DNA from: Thermoanaerobaculia bacterium
Lineage (GTDB): Bacteria; Acidobacteriota; Thermoanaerobaculia; Multivoradales; JAHEKO01
Assembly: GCA_050747865.1 (NCBI GenBank)
Contig: JBOGJI010000236.1
Location: forward strand, 11,120-75,119
Direction: 5' to 3'
Length of the DNA: 64,000 nt
Of this stretch, positions 29,227-39,634 are shown in pieces. Numbering within the stretch: the first letter of the stretch is position 1; the number at the start of each line of letters is the position of its first letter. The notes under the pieces were generated by a model that was not told the DNA's origin, ran no database searches, and saw only the letters and a list, made by a program, of their open reading frames with translations. Made by a program: the position numbers and the translations under genes.

Positions 29227-29751
29227 CTAATGACCGTGGCGGCGGCTCATCCGTAGCTGGCCGCGGATCTCGCCGCCGGGGAACAGGTCGGTGTGGACAT
29301 TCACGTAGACGACCCCGTCTTCGATCGCCTCGCGGATCTCCTCCCACTCACCCGCATCGATCCCCTGACTGTCTGGGCCAATGACGTCGGCGGCCGTCAG
29401 CGTGCCGCTGATCGTCGCCGGGGCGGGCGGGCAGGCCTGCGTGCCCGGGGGGCCGTTGCCGAGGTTGGTGCACAGGAAGATCGAGATGCCGCCGTTGACG
29501 CTGCGCTGCCCGAGGTGCAGGTGCGACTGGGCGACCATCCCCTGGAGATCGGCGTAGCTCAGCTCGTACGTCAACTCCTCGCGGTCGACGCTGAACGTGG
29601 CCGCGAAGACGCCCTGTCCGTTGGTGGAGAGCGCCGGAACCTCCTCCGTGGGCGCCAGGCGGGCGCGAACGTTGCGGCCTGCCGCCGTGGCGTCGGTGGC
29701 CAGGAACACCGCGATGAGAGAGATAGGGATCACGACAAAGAGCTTCCGCAT
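29227..29751 (-). CDS. Secreted CHRD-domain protein
   Basis: 174 aa with a signal peptide. The CHRD signature is YVNVHTDLFPGGEIRGQL. Confidence 0.6.
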   Translation of the reverse strand: MRKLFVVIPISLIAVFLATDATAAGRNVRARLAPTEEVPALSTNGQGVFAATFSVDREELTYELSYADLQGMVAQSHLHLGQRSVNGGISIFLCTNLGNGPPGTQACPPAPATISGTLTAADVIGPDSQGIDAGEWEEIREAIEDGVVYVNVHTDLFPGGEIRGQLRMSRRHGH

Positions 29752-29883
29752 GGATCACCTCCTGGATCGGGCCGCCTACAGGCGGTGAGGGCACCCCACC
29801 GGCAACCGCGGCGGACGCCATGGTCGACACCCCGTGTGTCGCGACAGGCGGCGATCCGGTTCATCCGACGATAGGGTTGGGCC

Positions 29884-30909
29884 GTGCTGGTCGCCGATTT
29901 CGACTACCACCTGCCACCGGAACGCGTCGCCCAGGATCCCGCGCCGCGCGGCAGCAGCCGTCTGCTGGTCCTCGATGCGGAGGGAGAGCGCCGCCACCGG
30001 CGCGTCGACGACCTGCCCGAGCTGCTCTCGCCCGGCGACCTGCTGGTGGTCAACGATACGCGCGTCATCCCGGCGCGCCTGTTCGCGCGCCGCGAACCCG
30101 GCGGCGGCAGGGTGGAGCTGCTCCTCGCCGAGCAGGTGGCGGAACGGGAGTGGACCTGCTTGCTCAAGCCGGGGCGCAAGGCGAAGCCGGGCACCTGGTT
30201 GCGGCTGGACCGGGAGCTCGAGGCGGAGGTGACGGCACGCGGCGACGACGGGCGCCACACCGTGCGTTTCTCGCGCGCCATCGAGCCGTTCCTGGATCGC
30301 CTCGGCCACGTGCCCCTGCCGCCGTACATCCGCCGGCCCGACCGCCCCGAGGACCGCGAGCGCTATCAGACGGTCTTCGCCCGCCATGCCGGCGCCATCG
30401 CGGCGCCGACCGCCGGTCTGCACTTCACCGACGAGCTGCTGGGCCGCCTGCGCGACCGCGGCATCGAACAGGCCAGCGTGACTCTTCACGTAGGTCTCGG
30501 CACCTTCAAGCCGGTCACCGCCGAGCTGGTCCACGAGCACCGCATGGATGAGGAGCGTTACCTCCTGCCCGAGGCCACCGTGGAAGCAATCGCGCGGACC
30601 GGCGAACGCGGCGGCGAGGTCGTGGCCGTCGGCACCACGGTGGTGCGCACCCTGGAGGGCGTGGCGGCGCGGCACGATGGCCGCCTGGTCGCGGGCAGCG
30701 GCCGCACCGACCTGTTCATCTACCCCGGCTACCACGTCCAGGTGGTCGACCGCCTATTGACCAACTTCCACCTCCCGCGCTCCACCCTGCTGATGCTGGT
30801 CTGCGCCCTGGCCGGCCGCGACCCCATCCTGGTCGCCTATGACGAGGCGATCCGCCAGGGCTACCGCTTCTACTCCTACGGCGACGCCATGCTGGCTCGC
30901 CGTCAGTAG
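29884..30909 (+). CDS. queA: S-adenosylmethionine:tRNA ribosyltransferase-isomerase
   Basis: 341 aa. Full-length QueA similarity (FDYHLPPERVAQ ... GTTVVRTLE ... NFHLPRSTLLMLV). Confidence 0.9.
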   Translation: MLVADFDYHLPPERVAQDPAPRGSSRLLVLDAEGERRHRRVDDLPELLSPGDLLVVNDTRVIPARLFARREPGGGRVELLLAEQVAEREWTCLLKPGRKAKPGTWLRLDRELEAEVTARGDDGRHTVRFSRAIEPFLDRLGHVPLPPYIRRPDRPEDRERYQTVFARHAGAIAAPTAGLHFTDELLGRLRDRGIEQASVTLHVGLGTFKPVTAELVHEHRMDEERYLLPEATVEAIARTGERGGEVVAVGTTVVRTLEGVAARHDGRLVAGSGRTDLFIYPGYHVQVVDRLLTNFHLPRSTLLMLVCALAGRDPILVAYDEAIRQGYRFYSYGDAMLARRQ

Positions 30910-30996
30910 TAGGGATCAGGGGTCAGGGTCGGAAGGCAAGACTGTCACAATGATCTGGCCCCTGACCCCTCGCCCCCGACCCCTGGGTGGGCGGGG

Positions 30997-33435
30997 TCAG
31001 TAGGTGTCGTCGGGTGCGTCGCTGCCAAAGACCCGCTTGAGCCAGCGCCGGAACGGATGCCGCTTCTGCCCCTCCTCCGGCTGCATTCCCGGCTCCGCGT
31101 CGATCGTCTCGCCGTCGCCCCCGACCCGCTGCGGCTGCAGCACCCGGTTGAACCAGCCGCCGTGGAGGTGGCAGACGTAGGAGGGCACGGTTCCCTCGAG
31201 GAAGACCTCGGCCTGCACCTGCGGGCAGGCGTCGGTCGCCAGCCCGCCGCTCAAGGGATCGATCAGCGCGGTCGCCACGCCGGCGGGCTGCGCGAACTCC
31301 CGGTAGCCGCCCACCGGCCGCACCGCGTGCATGAAACGCGTCCAGATCGGCAACCCGGCCCGCGCCCCCGACATGCGGGTCGGCGAGTTGTCGTCGTAGC
31401 CGACCCAGACGACCGCCACCCGGTCCGGCGTGTAGCCGGCGAACCAGTTGTCCCGCCGGTCGTTGCTGGTGCCGGTCTTGCCGGCCAGCGGCCCAGTCAG
31501 GCCCATGCGCCGGGCCTCCGCTCCCGTCCCGCGATCGATGACGTCCTGTAGCAGCGCCGTGACCACATAGGTGGCCGCCGGCGAGACCGCGCGCTCGGGC
31601 GACCGCGGCGGCCGGCCGGCGACGCCTTGACCGTTGCCGTCGACCATGCCGCGCAGGCCGTGGAGCTCCGGTCTCAAGCCCCCGGCGGCGAGCGTGGCGT
31701 AGGCGGTCGCCATCTCGATCGGCGTGACCTCGAAGGCTCCGAGGGCGAGCGCCGGAACCGCCTGCAGCTCGCCTTCGACTCCCAGCCGCTGTGCCGTGTC
31801 CACGATCCCGGAGAGTCCGGTCTGCAGCGCCATCCTGGCGGTAGCGACGTTGTAGCTCTGCACCACGGCGCGGCGCGCCGTCACCCAGCCGTGGAACTTG
31901 CTGTCGTAGTTGCCGGGCGACCAGTTCCCACTGGTCAGCTGGACCGTGAGCGGCGAGTCCTCGATCAAGGTCGCCGGCGTGGCCTGCCGGCGCTCGAACG
32001 CGGTCAGGTAGACGATAGGCTTGAAGGCGCTGCCGGCCTGGCGGCGGGCCTGCCCCACGCGGTCGAACTGGCTGCGGGCGAAGTCCCTGCCGCCGACGTA
32101 GGCCAGGATCTCGCCGCTGCGCGGATCCGCCGACACCAGGGCGGCCTCTAGCGGCACGGCGGTCTCGCGCCCCTTCTCCCAACCGTTCTCCAGCGCCTCG
32201 ACTCCCCAGGCCACCGCCTCCTCCGCCGCCTGCTGATCCGCCGGCGACAGCGTCGTCAGCAGGCTATAGCCCCCCGCGGCGTGGGGATCCACGCCGAACC
32301 GATCCATCGCCTCCCGGCGAACGGCCTCGGCGAAGAAGGGCGCGCGCCGCTGCAAGGGGCTGGGGCTGACGGTGTCGACCGGCTCATGTTTCGCCGCCTC
32401 GGCGCGCTCCGCGTCCAGCCACTCGAGCTCCACCATGCGGTCGAGCACCCAATCGCGGCGCTCTTGGGCGCGCTCCGGGTGGAAGGCCGGATCGTAGTCT
32501 CCGGGGGCGCGGATCAGGGCGGCGAGCAGAGCTGCCTGGCCTAGTGTCAGCTCCCGCGGCGTGCGCTGGAAGTAGGCGCGGGCGGCCGAGCCTACGCCCA
32601 TGACGTTGACGCCCGCGCGCTGGCCCCAGTAGATCTCGTTGACGTAGGCCTGCAGGATCGCGTCCTTGCCGTAACGCAGCTCGACCAGGCTCGCGAGGAC
32701 AGCCTCGCGGAGCTTGCGGGAGAGCGTCCGCTCGTGCGTCAGGTAGAGGTTCTTGACCAGTTGCTGGGTCAACGTCGAGCCGCCCTGGCGGATCTCGCCG
32801 CCGCGCAGGTTCACCCACGCGGCGCGCAGGATGCCGCGCGCCGACAGCCCGCCGTGTTGGTAGAAGCGGGCGTCCTCCGCCGCCATCACCGCCGCGATCA
32901 GCTCCTCCGGGATCTGCTCCACCGGCACCGGCCAGCGGTCGAGCCGATCGGGGCCGTAATAGGCGGTGAGCAACGGCGGCTCGAGCAAGACGTCCTCCAC
33001 GGGACGGCCGTCGCGGTACAGCGAATGGACACGCCCGCCGGAGACGACGACGCCGAGCAGACCTTCCGGCAGCAGGCCGCCGGGGCCGGGGAAGCTGCGC
33101 AGATGCGCCAGCAGCCTCGCCCCCTCCAGGTGATATTCGCCGAGCTTCGGGCTTCGGGACCCGGTCGCCCGGTACCCGACCCGCGCCAGCTCCGACTCCA
33201 GCCGCTCCACGGATACCGGCATCCCCCGCGTCAGCCGCATGGAGGCGCCATAGAGCCGCGACGGCTGTGGGCCGACCTCCGGCCCCAGCTGCGCCGAGAG
33301 CCGCCAGTACGGCGCGAACAGCCACAGCCCGCCCGCCACGACGACACCCAACGCGATCGCCAGGACAAAGGCCAGTGAGCGCGGCTTCAGGCGACGCGCA
33401 CGTCCCCGTGAGCGCCCACGACGCCGAATCATCAT
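30997..33435 (-). CDS. Bifunctional penicillin-binding protein 1 (GT51 transglycosylase plus transpeptidase; PbpC-like)
   Basis: 812 aa. GT51 motifs (EDARFYQHGG, GGSTLTQQLVKN, RKLREAVLA); C-terminal transpeptidase with the SxxK-type serine and the KTGT box (KTGTSND). Confidence 0.85.
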   Translation of the reverse strand: MMIRRRGRSRGRARRLKPRSLAFVLAIALGVVVAGGLWLFAPYWRLSAQLGPEVGPQPSRLYGASMRLTRGMPVSVERLESELARVGYRATGSRSPKLGEYHLEGARLLAHLRSFPGPGGLLPEGLLGVVVSGGRVHSLYRDGRPVEDVLLEPPLLTAYYGPDRLDRWPVPVEQIPEELIAAVMAAEDARFYQHGGLSARGILRAAWVNLRGGEIRQGGSTLTQQLVKNLYLTHERTLSRKLREAVLASLVELRYGKDAILQAYVNEIYWGQRAGVNVMGVGSAARAYFQRTPRELTLGQAALLAALIRAPGDYDPAFHPERAQERRDWVLDRMVELEWLDAERAEAAKHEPVDTVSPSPLQRRAPFFAEAVRREAMDRFGVDPHAAGGYSLLTTLSPADQQAAEEAVAWGVEALENGWEKGRETAVPLEAALVSADPRSGEILAYVGGRDFARSQFDRVGQARRQAGSAFKPIVYLTAFERRQATPATLIEDSPLTVQLTSGNWSPGNYDSKFHGWVTARRAVVQSYNVATARMALQTGLSGIVDTAQRLGVEGELQAVPALALGAFEVTPIEMATAYATLAAGGLRPELHGLRGMVDGNGQGVAGRPPRSPERAVSPAATYVVTALLQDVIDRGTGAEARRMGLTGPLAGKTGTSNDRRDNWFAGYTPDRVAVVWVGYDDNSPTRMSGARAGLPIWTRFMHAVRPVGGYREFAQPAGVATALIDPLSGGLATDACPQVQAEVFLEGTVPSYVCHLHGGWFNRVLQPQRVGGDGETIDAEPGMQPEEGQKRHPFRRWLKRVFGSDAPDDTY

Positions 33436-33488
33436 GACGACCCCATGTTACGCAACAAGTACGCCAGTCCTGACCCCTGATCCCTCAT

Positions 33489-33518
33489 CCGGACCGCACG
33501 TGGTAACGTGCGGTCCGG
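33489..33518. promoter_or_regulatory. Perfect 12-bp inverted repeat CCGGACCGCACG-N6-CGTGCGGTCCGG abutting the ABC-F start codon
   Basis: Lies in the 83-nt divergent pbp / ABC-F intergenic region. Its 3' arm ends at the ATG (33519). Confidence 0.35.
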
Positions 33519-35177
<1,659 letters not shown>

Positions 35178-35180
35178 GTT

Positions 35181-36101
35181 CTAGCCCCCCGGAACCGCCA
35201 GGGCGTCGCGCAGCCCGTCGCCCAGGAGCTGAAAGCCCAGGGCGGTGACGGTGAGCGCGAGGCCGGGGAAGGCGGCCAGCCACCACGCGGAGAGGAGGTC
35301 GGGTGTGGCCTCGGCGGCCATGCCTCCCCAGCTCGGCTCCGGCGGCGGGATACCGAGGCCGAGGAAAGACAGTGCGGCTTCGGCGAGGATGGCCTCGCCC
35401 ACCATCGCGGTGGCGACGACGGCGATCGGCGTGGCCAGGTGGGGCACCAGATGGCGGACGACCAGGCGGGCGGGCCGCACTCCCGAGACCCGGGCAGCCT
35501 CGACGAAGGGGCGCCGCAGCAGGCTGCGCAGCTCGCCGTCGACGACGCGGGCGAGCGTCATCCAGCCGGTCGCGGCGAGGGTCAGGGTCACGGTCCACTT
35601 GCCGGGGGCCAGGAGGGCGGCGAGGGCGACGAGCAGGAAGAGACGGGGAAACGCGAGCAGGGCAGTGGTGCCCGTGGTGGCGGCGCTGCCGGTCCACCTG
35701 CCGAGGCCGGCGAGGATTCCGAATCCGACGCCCAGGAGGGTGGCGAGGAGGACGGCCCCTCCGGCGATCGTCAGAGAGCTCCGGGCGCCGTGGAGCAAAC
35801 GCGAGAGAACGTCGCGGCCCAGACCGTCGGTACCGAGTGGCAGCAGGAGCGGGCGATGCGTGGCGACATCGGGCCACGCGCTGCCGTCGAGGACGACGCG
35901 GCTGCCCGGAGGGCGGGCCCCGACGGCTGTGGTGTCGACGCTCTGGTCGGCGGAGAACGGCGCGAGGCAGGGGCCAACCAGTCCGAGCACCAGGAACAAG
36001 GCGACCGGAATCCCTCCCGGCGCCAGGGCGCGCCACCGCCGGCCGGCGATCGACGGGCGGGCGTAACTCGCCGCCGCAGGCGGCCGTGGCTCAAGCCGCA
36101 T
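35181..36101 (-). CDS. ABC transporter permease (OppC/DppC-like)
   Basis: The start is taken at MRLEPR (track ORF 35181..36206). Contains the EAA-like loop AARVSGVRPARLVVRHLVPH. Overlaps the upstream permease gene by 11 nt. Confidence 0.7.
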   Translation of the reverse strand: MRLEPRPPAAASYARPSIAGRRWRALAPGGIPVALFLVLGLVGPCLAPFSADQSVDTTAVGARPPGSRVVLDGSAWPDVATHRPLLLPLGTDGLGRDVLSRLLHGARSSLTIAGGAVLLATLLGVGFGILAGLGRWTGSAATTGTTALLAFPRLFLLVALAALLAPGKWTVTLTLAATGWMTLARVVDGELRSLLRRPFVEAARVSGVRPARLVVRHLVPHLATPIAVVATAMVGEAILAEAALSFLGLGIPPPEPSWGGMAAEATPDLLSAWWLAAFPGLALTVTALGFQLLGDGLRDALAVPGG

Positions 36102-37023
36102 GGCGCAGCCTCGGGTCGAGGGCGGCCTGCAGCAGATCGGCGAGCAGCAGGGCGGCCACGACGGCCACGGCGCCGAGCGCCGTGGTGGCCATGACCACGG
36201 GGACATCGCGGGCGAGGACGGCCTCCCAGGTGACGCGTCCGAGGCCGGGCCAGGCGAACACCACCTCGGTGATCAACGATCCGGAGAGCAGGGCCGGCAG
36301 GGCGACGCCGAGGCTCTGGCAGAGGGACGGCGCGGCGTGGGGGAGGGCGTGGATCCACAGGATCCGGGCCGGCCCGGCGCCGCGGGCTCGGGCGGCGCGG
36401 ACGAAGTCGCGGTCCAGGGCGTCGCGCACCAGGTTGCGTGTCAGGCGCAGGACCGGCCCGAGGGAGCCGATGCCCAGAACCAGGGCCGGGAGCACGAGGT
36501 GGCGCAGCCGGTCGCTCCCCTCTCCCGGCCCTCCGGGCGGCAGCCATCCCAATCGCAAGCTGAACATGAGGATCGCCATCAGCCCGAGCCAGAACAGGGG
36601 CAAGCTGTAGAGCCCCTGGGACACCCCCCGCGCGAGCCTGTCGATCCAGCCCTGTCGCCGCGCCGCCAACAGGCCACCGGCGATGCCGAGCGTGAACTGC
36701 ACGATCAGGGCGGCGCCGGTGAGCGTCAGGGTGTAGGGAAGCGATCGGCCGATCACCTCGCGTACCGACACATGGAGCCGCAGGGAGACGCCCCAGTCCC
36801 CGCGCGCGACGGCGGCGAGCCAGCGGCCGTACCTCTCGGGCACCGGCGCGTCGAGGCCCCAGGCGCGGCGGAACAGGTCGCGTTGGGCACGCGGGACTCG
36901 CGGGTCGAGCGTCCGCTGGGCGGGATCTCCGGGCGCCAGGTCCAGCAGGAGGAAAGTGAGGGAGAGGACGAGCCAGACCAGGATCAGGCCGGAGAGCAGG
37001 CGCCGCGGAACGCCGCGTATCAC
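36091..37023 (-). CDS. ABC transporter permease (OppB/DppB-like)
   Basis: 310 aa, 6 TM. Typical N-terminus LLSGLILVWLVLSLTFLLLDLAPGDP. Confidence 0.8.
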   Translation of the reverse strand: MIRGVPRRLLSGLILVWLVLSLTFLLLDLAPGDPAQRTLDPRVPRAQRDLFRRAWGLDAPVPERYGRWLAAVARGDWGVSLRLHVSVREVIGRSLPYTLTLTGAALIVQFTLGIAGGLLAARRQGWIDRLARGVSQGLYSLPLFWLGLMAILMFSLRLGWLPPGGPGEGSDRLRHLVLPALVLGIGSLGPVLRLTRNLVRDALDRDFVRAARARGAGPARILWIHALPHAAPSLCQSLGVALPALLSGSLITEVVFAWPGLGRVTWEAVLARDVPVVMATTALGAVAVVAALLLADLLQAALDPRLRHAA

Positions 37024-37057
37024 GGGGCGTGCGGGCGGCCCGGGCGCGCCGTGGATG

Positions 37058-38716
37058 TCATGAGCCGCGGCTGTCGCGCGGGGCGAGCCGCCAGTCCTCG
37101 AGATGGAAGAACGGGCTCAGCGCGTTCGGCCGAGCTCCACGGAGCCGGCGGCTGGCGACGGTGAGCCGCCGGGGCTCCCACAGAAAGGTGTACGGCTGCT
37201 CCTCGTGCAGGACGCGCTGCATGCGGTGGAGCATCGGCAGGGCAACCCGCGGGCCGGGCGCCTGGCGCACGCGGTCGATCAGATCGTCGAGCTCGGCGTT
37301 CGCGTAGCTGCCGAAGTTGTAGCCGTCATCGATCGAGGAGCTGTGGAAGGCGTAGGTCAGATCGAGCGTCGTGTCCACGGCCCAGGCGCCGATGAAAGCG
37401 TCGAAATCGTGCGCCTCGGTCACCGCGTTCAGGGTCTGGAACTCGAGCGTGCGAATCGTCGCCTGTGCACCGACCCGCCGCAGGTCCTGCTGGATGAGCA
37501 CGGCGGCGTCGCGGCGCAGCGGGTTGTCGGCATTGACCAGGAGTTCGAAGCGCAGGGGCAGACCGTCGCGTTCGCGCACGCCGTCCGCGTCGCGGTCGAT
37601 CCAACCCGCCCGCCGCAGCAGCGAGCGCGCCGCCTGCGGGTCGTGCGGCCAGGGCTCGAGATCCGGATCCGCCGCCCACACACTCTGCAGGATGGGGGAG
37701 ACGCCCACCCGGGCGTGCCCGCGCCACAACACGGCCACCAGCCGTCGGCGATCGATGGCCTGGGTCAGGGCGCGGCGGACCGCGGCGTCGCGGAACCAGG
37801 GCCGGGCCGTGTTCCAACACAGGTACTCGTAATGCCGGGTCCAGTAGCTGTCCACCGCGAGACCCCGGCGGTGCATCAGCCGCTCGGCATCCGCCGGTCG
37901 GATGCCGTCGACGAAATCCACCTCCCGCGCCTCGGCGTGCAGGAGCCGCACGGACGGATCGGGCAGGACCCGGAAGACCACGCGGTCGAGCCGCGGGCGC
38001 GCCGCCTGGTGGTAGAACGGGTTGGGCGCCAGCTCCAGGCGCTCGCCCGGGCGCCAGCCGGCGACGCGGAACGGGCCGCTGGTGACCAGGCGCTGACGAA
38101 ACCAGTCCTCCGAGCCCTGCCAGCGCGCGAACGGCAGGCGCCCCCAGGCGTGCGCGGGCAGGATCGGGCCTTCGTTGAGATCGGCGAGCTGTGTCGGGTA
38201 AGCGTGGGTGAACCACACCTCGATCCGGTGCGGGCCGCGCGCCTCGATCGACCGGATCGCCTGCTTGCTGTGGGCGTAGGCCCAGGCGACGGCGGGGTGG
38301 ATCTGGGCGCGCCAGGTCCAGACGACGTCCTCGGCGGTGACCGGCTCGCCGTCGCTCCAACGCGCGTCGGGACGCAGCTCGACAGTGAGCGCCAGGCGGT
38401 CCGGCGAGAAGCGCCAGCTGGCGGCCAGGCGCGGCGCGAAGCTCGGCGGCCCGGCGGAGAAGTCGGGCCGCTCTTCGAACAGGCGGAGGAACAGGAGGTC
38501 ATGGATCTGGGTGCTGACGCCGCTGGCTCCCGAGATCAGCGGGTTGACCCCCTCGATGTCGCTGGCGAGGGCGACGACGATCCGCGGGCCCCCGGTCGCG
38601 CCCTGGCGCGTGGCGGAGGCGGTCGTCGCCTCCCCTCGGCCGCAGCCGGCGAGACCGACCATCGCGAGGGCGACGGTCGCTGCTCTCAGGTGTGTCCGAC
38701 TCGTCTCGGTTGGCAT
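37058..38716 (-). CDS. ABC transporter substrate-binding protein, family 5 (peptide/nickel type), lipoprotein
   Basis: 552 aa. Lipobox LAGC. SBP_bac_5 fold residues are present throughout. Confidence 0.8.
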   Translation of the reverse strand: MPTETSRTHLRAATVALAMVGLAGCGRGEATTASATRQGATGGPRIVVALASDIEGVNPLISGASGVSTQIHDLLFLRLFEERPDFSAGPPSFAPRLAASWRFSPDRLALTVELRPDARWSDGEPVTAEDVVWTWRAQIHPAVAWAYAHSKQAIRSIEARGPHRIEVWFTHAYPTQLADLNEGPILPAHAWGRLPFARWQGSEDWFRQRLVTSGPFRVAGWRPGERLELAPNPFYHQAARPRLDRVVFRVLPDPSVRLLHAEAREVDFVDGIRPADAERLMHRRGLAVDSYWTRHYEYLCWNTARPWFRDAAVRRALTQAIDRRRLVAVLWRGHARVGVSPILQSVWAADPDLEPWPHDPQAARSLLRRAGWIDRDADGVRERDGLPLRFELLVNADNPLRRDAAVLIQQDLRRVGAQATIRTLEFQTLNAVTEAHDFDAFIGAWAVDTTLDLTYAFHSSSIDDGYNFGSYANAELDDLIDRVRQAPGPRVALPMLHRMQRVLHEEQPYTFLWEPRRLTVASRRLRGARPNALSPFFHLEDWRLAPRDSRGS

Positions 38717-38803
38717 GCTCTCGACTCCTTAGAATCTAAACATGCGCAATAGTCTATCACATGCGCGAGCGGTGCGCCAGCGAGCGGAAAAATGCGGCCA
38801 GCC

Positions 38804-38833
38804 GAAAAAGAAAGACCCCGCGTGCGCGGGGTC
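38804..38833 (-). terminator. Intrinsic terminator of hsp20
   Basis: On the minus strand: GACCCCGCG-CAC-GCGGGGTC followed by TTTCTTTTTC, ~50 nt after the Hsp20 stop. Confidence 0.6.
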
Positions 38834-38888
38834 TCGTCAGAGCCGCGGACCCAGCGTTGAGCGCCGGGGCCAGTAGACTGCCGCCGCC

Positions 38889-39341
38889 TCAGGCGATGTC
38901 GATCTTGCGCGCCCGCGCCTCTTCGGACTTGGGCAGCACGATCTTCAGCAGGCCGTTCTCGAACTGTGCCTCGACGCGTGACCGGTCGACGTTGCGCGGC
39001 AGGGTGAAGGAGCGGCTGAAGCGGCCGTAGGCGCGCTCGATGCGGTGGTAGCTCTCGCGCTTCTCGTCTTTCTCGAAGCGGCGCTCGCCGCTCAACTTGA
39101 GGACGTTGTCCTCGAGCGTGATGTCCACGTCCTGCTTGCGCAGGCCGGGCAGCTCGGCGGTCACGGTCAACGTGTCGTCGGCTTCATGGACATCGACGGC
39201 GGGGATCCAGGCCCTATCGCTCACCTCCTCGGACGCCGTCAGCGGCGACAGGAAGTCGTTGAAGGCCTGGTCGAAGAGCCGGTGGATGCGCGAGCTCCAC
39301 AGATCGGCGGGGTTCCAACGGGTCAGGCTGGAAGTCGTCAT
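38889..39341 (-). CDS. Hsp20/alpha-crystallin small heat-shock protein
   Basis: 150 aa. Alpha-crystallin domain VDVHEADDTLTVTAELPGLRKQDVDITLEDNVLKLSGER. Confidence 0.9.
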   Translation of the reverse strand: MTTSSLTRWNPADLWSSRIHRLFDQAFNDFLSPLTASEEVSDRAWIPAVDVHEADDTLTVTAELPGLRKQDVDITLEDNVLKLSGERRFEKDEKRESYHRIERAYGRFSRSFTLPRNVDRSRVEAQFENGLLKIVLPKSEEARARKIDIA

Positions 39342-39417
39342 GAAACTGCTCTCCTCCTGTATGACTGTTGTTCTCTGTGCCCGCCGGCACCATCTCGGGC
39401 GACGGGCATCGCCTTAC

Positions 39418-39446
39418 ATGATAGTGAAACGCTAAGATCACATCAA
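39418..39446 (-). promoter_or_regulatory. sigma70-like promoter of hsp20 (-35 TTGATG, 17-nt spacer, -10 TATCAT)
   Basis: Read on the minus strand ~75 nt upstream of the hsp20 ATG. An SD (AGGAGGA) precedes the start. Confidence 0.35.
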
Positions 39447-39519
39447 GTATTCCGGTCGCTGCGGCAATATCTGATGCACATAGACTTAGATAGTGACCCG
39501 TGTCAGCGTCGTGCGGGGA

Positions 39520-39588
39520 GTGGCAAGTGGCAGGTGGCAGGTGACACGCGCGGCGTGCCGTCAGAGCGGCCGACCTGCCACTTGCCAC
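39520..39588. repeat. 16-bp perfect inverted repeat built from GGCA(A/G)GT heptads (GTGGCAAGTGGCAGGT ... ACCTGCCACTTGCCAC)
   Basis: Three tandem heptads (GGCAAGT GGCAGGT GGCAGGT), then a 37-nt spacer, then the reverse complement of the first two heptads. Ends 47 nt upstream of the histidine kinase ATG. Confidence 0.4.
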
Positions 39589-39634
39589 CGAGTGGCCCAG
39601 CAACCGCCCCTGCCCTTTGCGGTAGATTGAGACG

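Noticed and set aside
39342-39417. RNA thermometer (ROSE/fourU) in the hsp20 5' UTR
   Set aside because: No anti-SD (UCCU/UUUU) segment is positioned to pair with the AGGAGGA SD in the predicted ~70-nt leader. Not supported.
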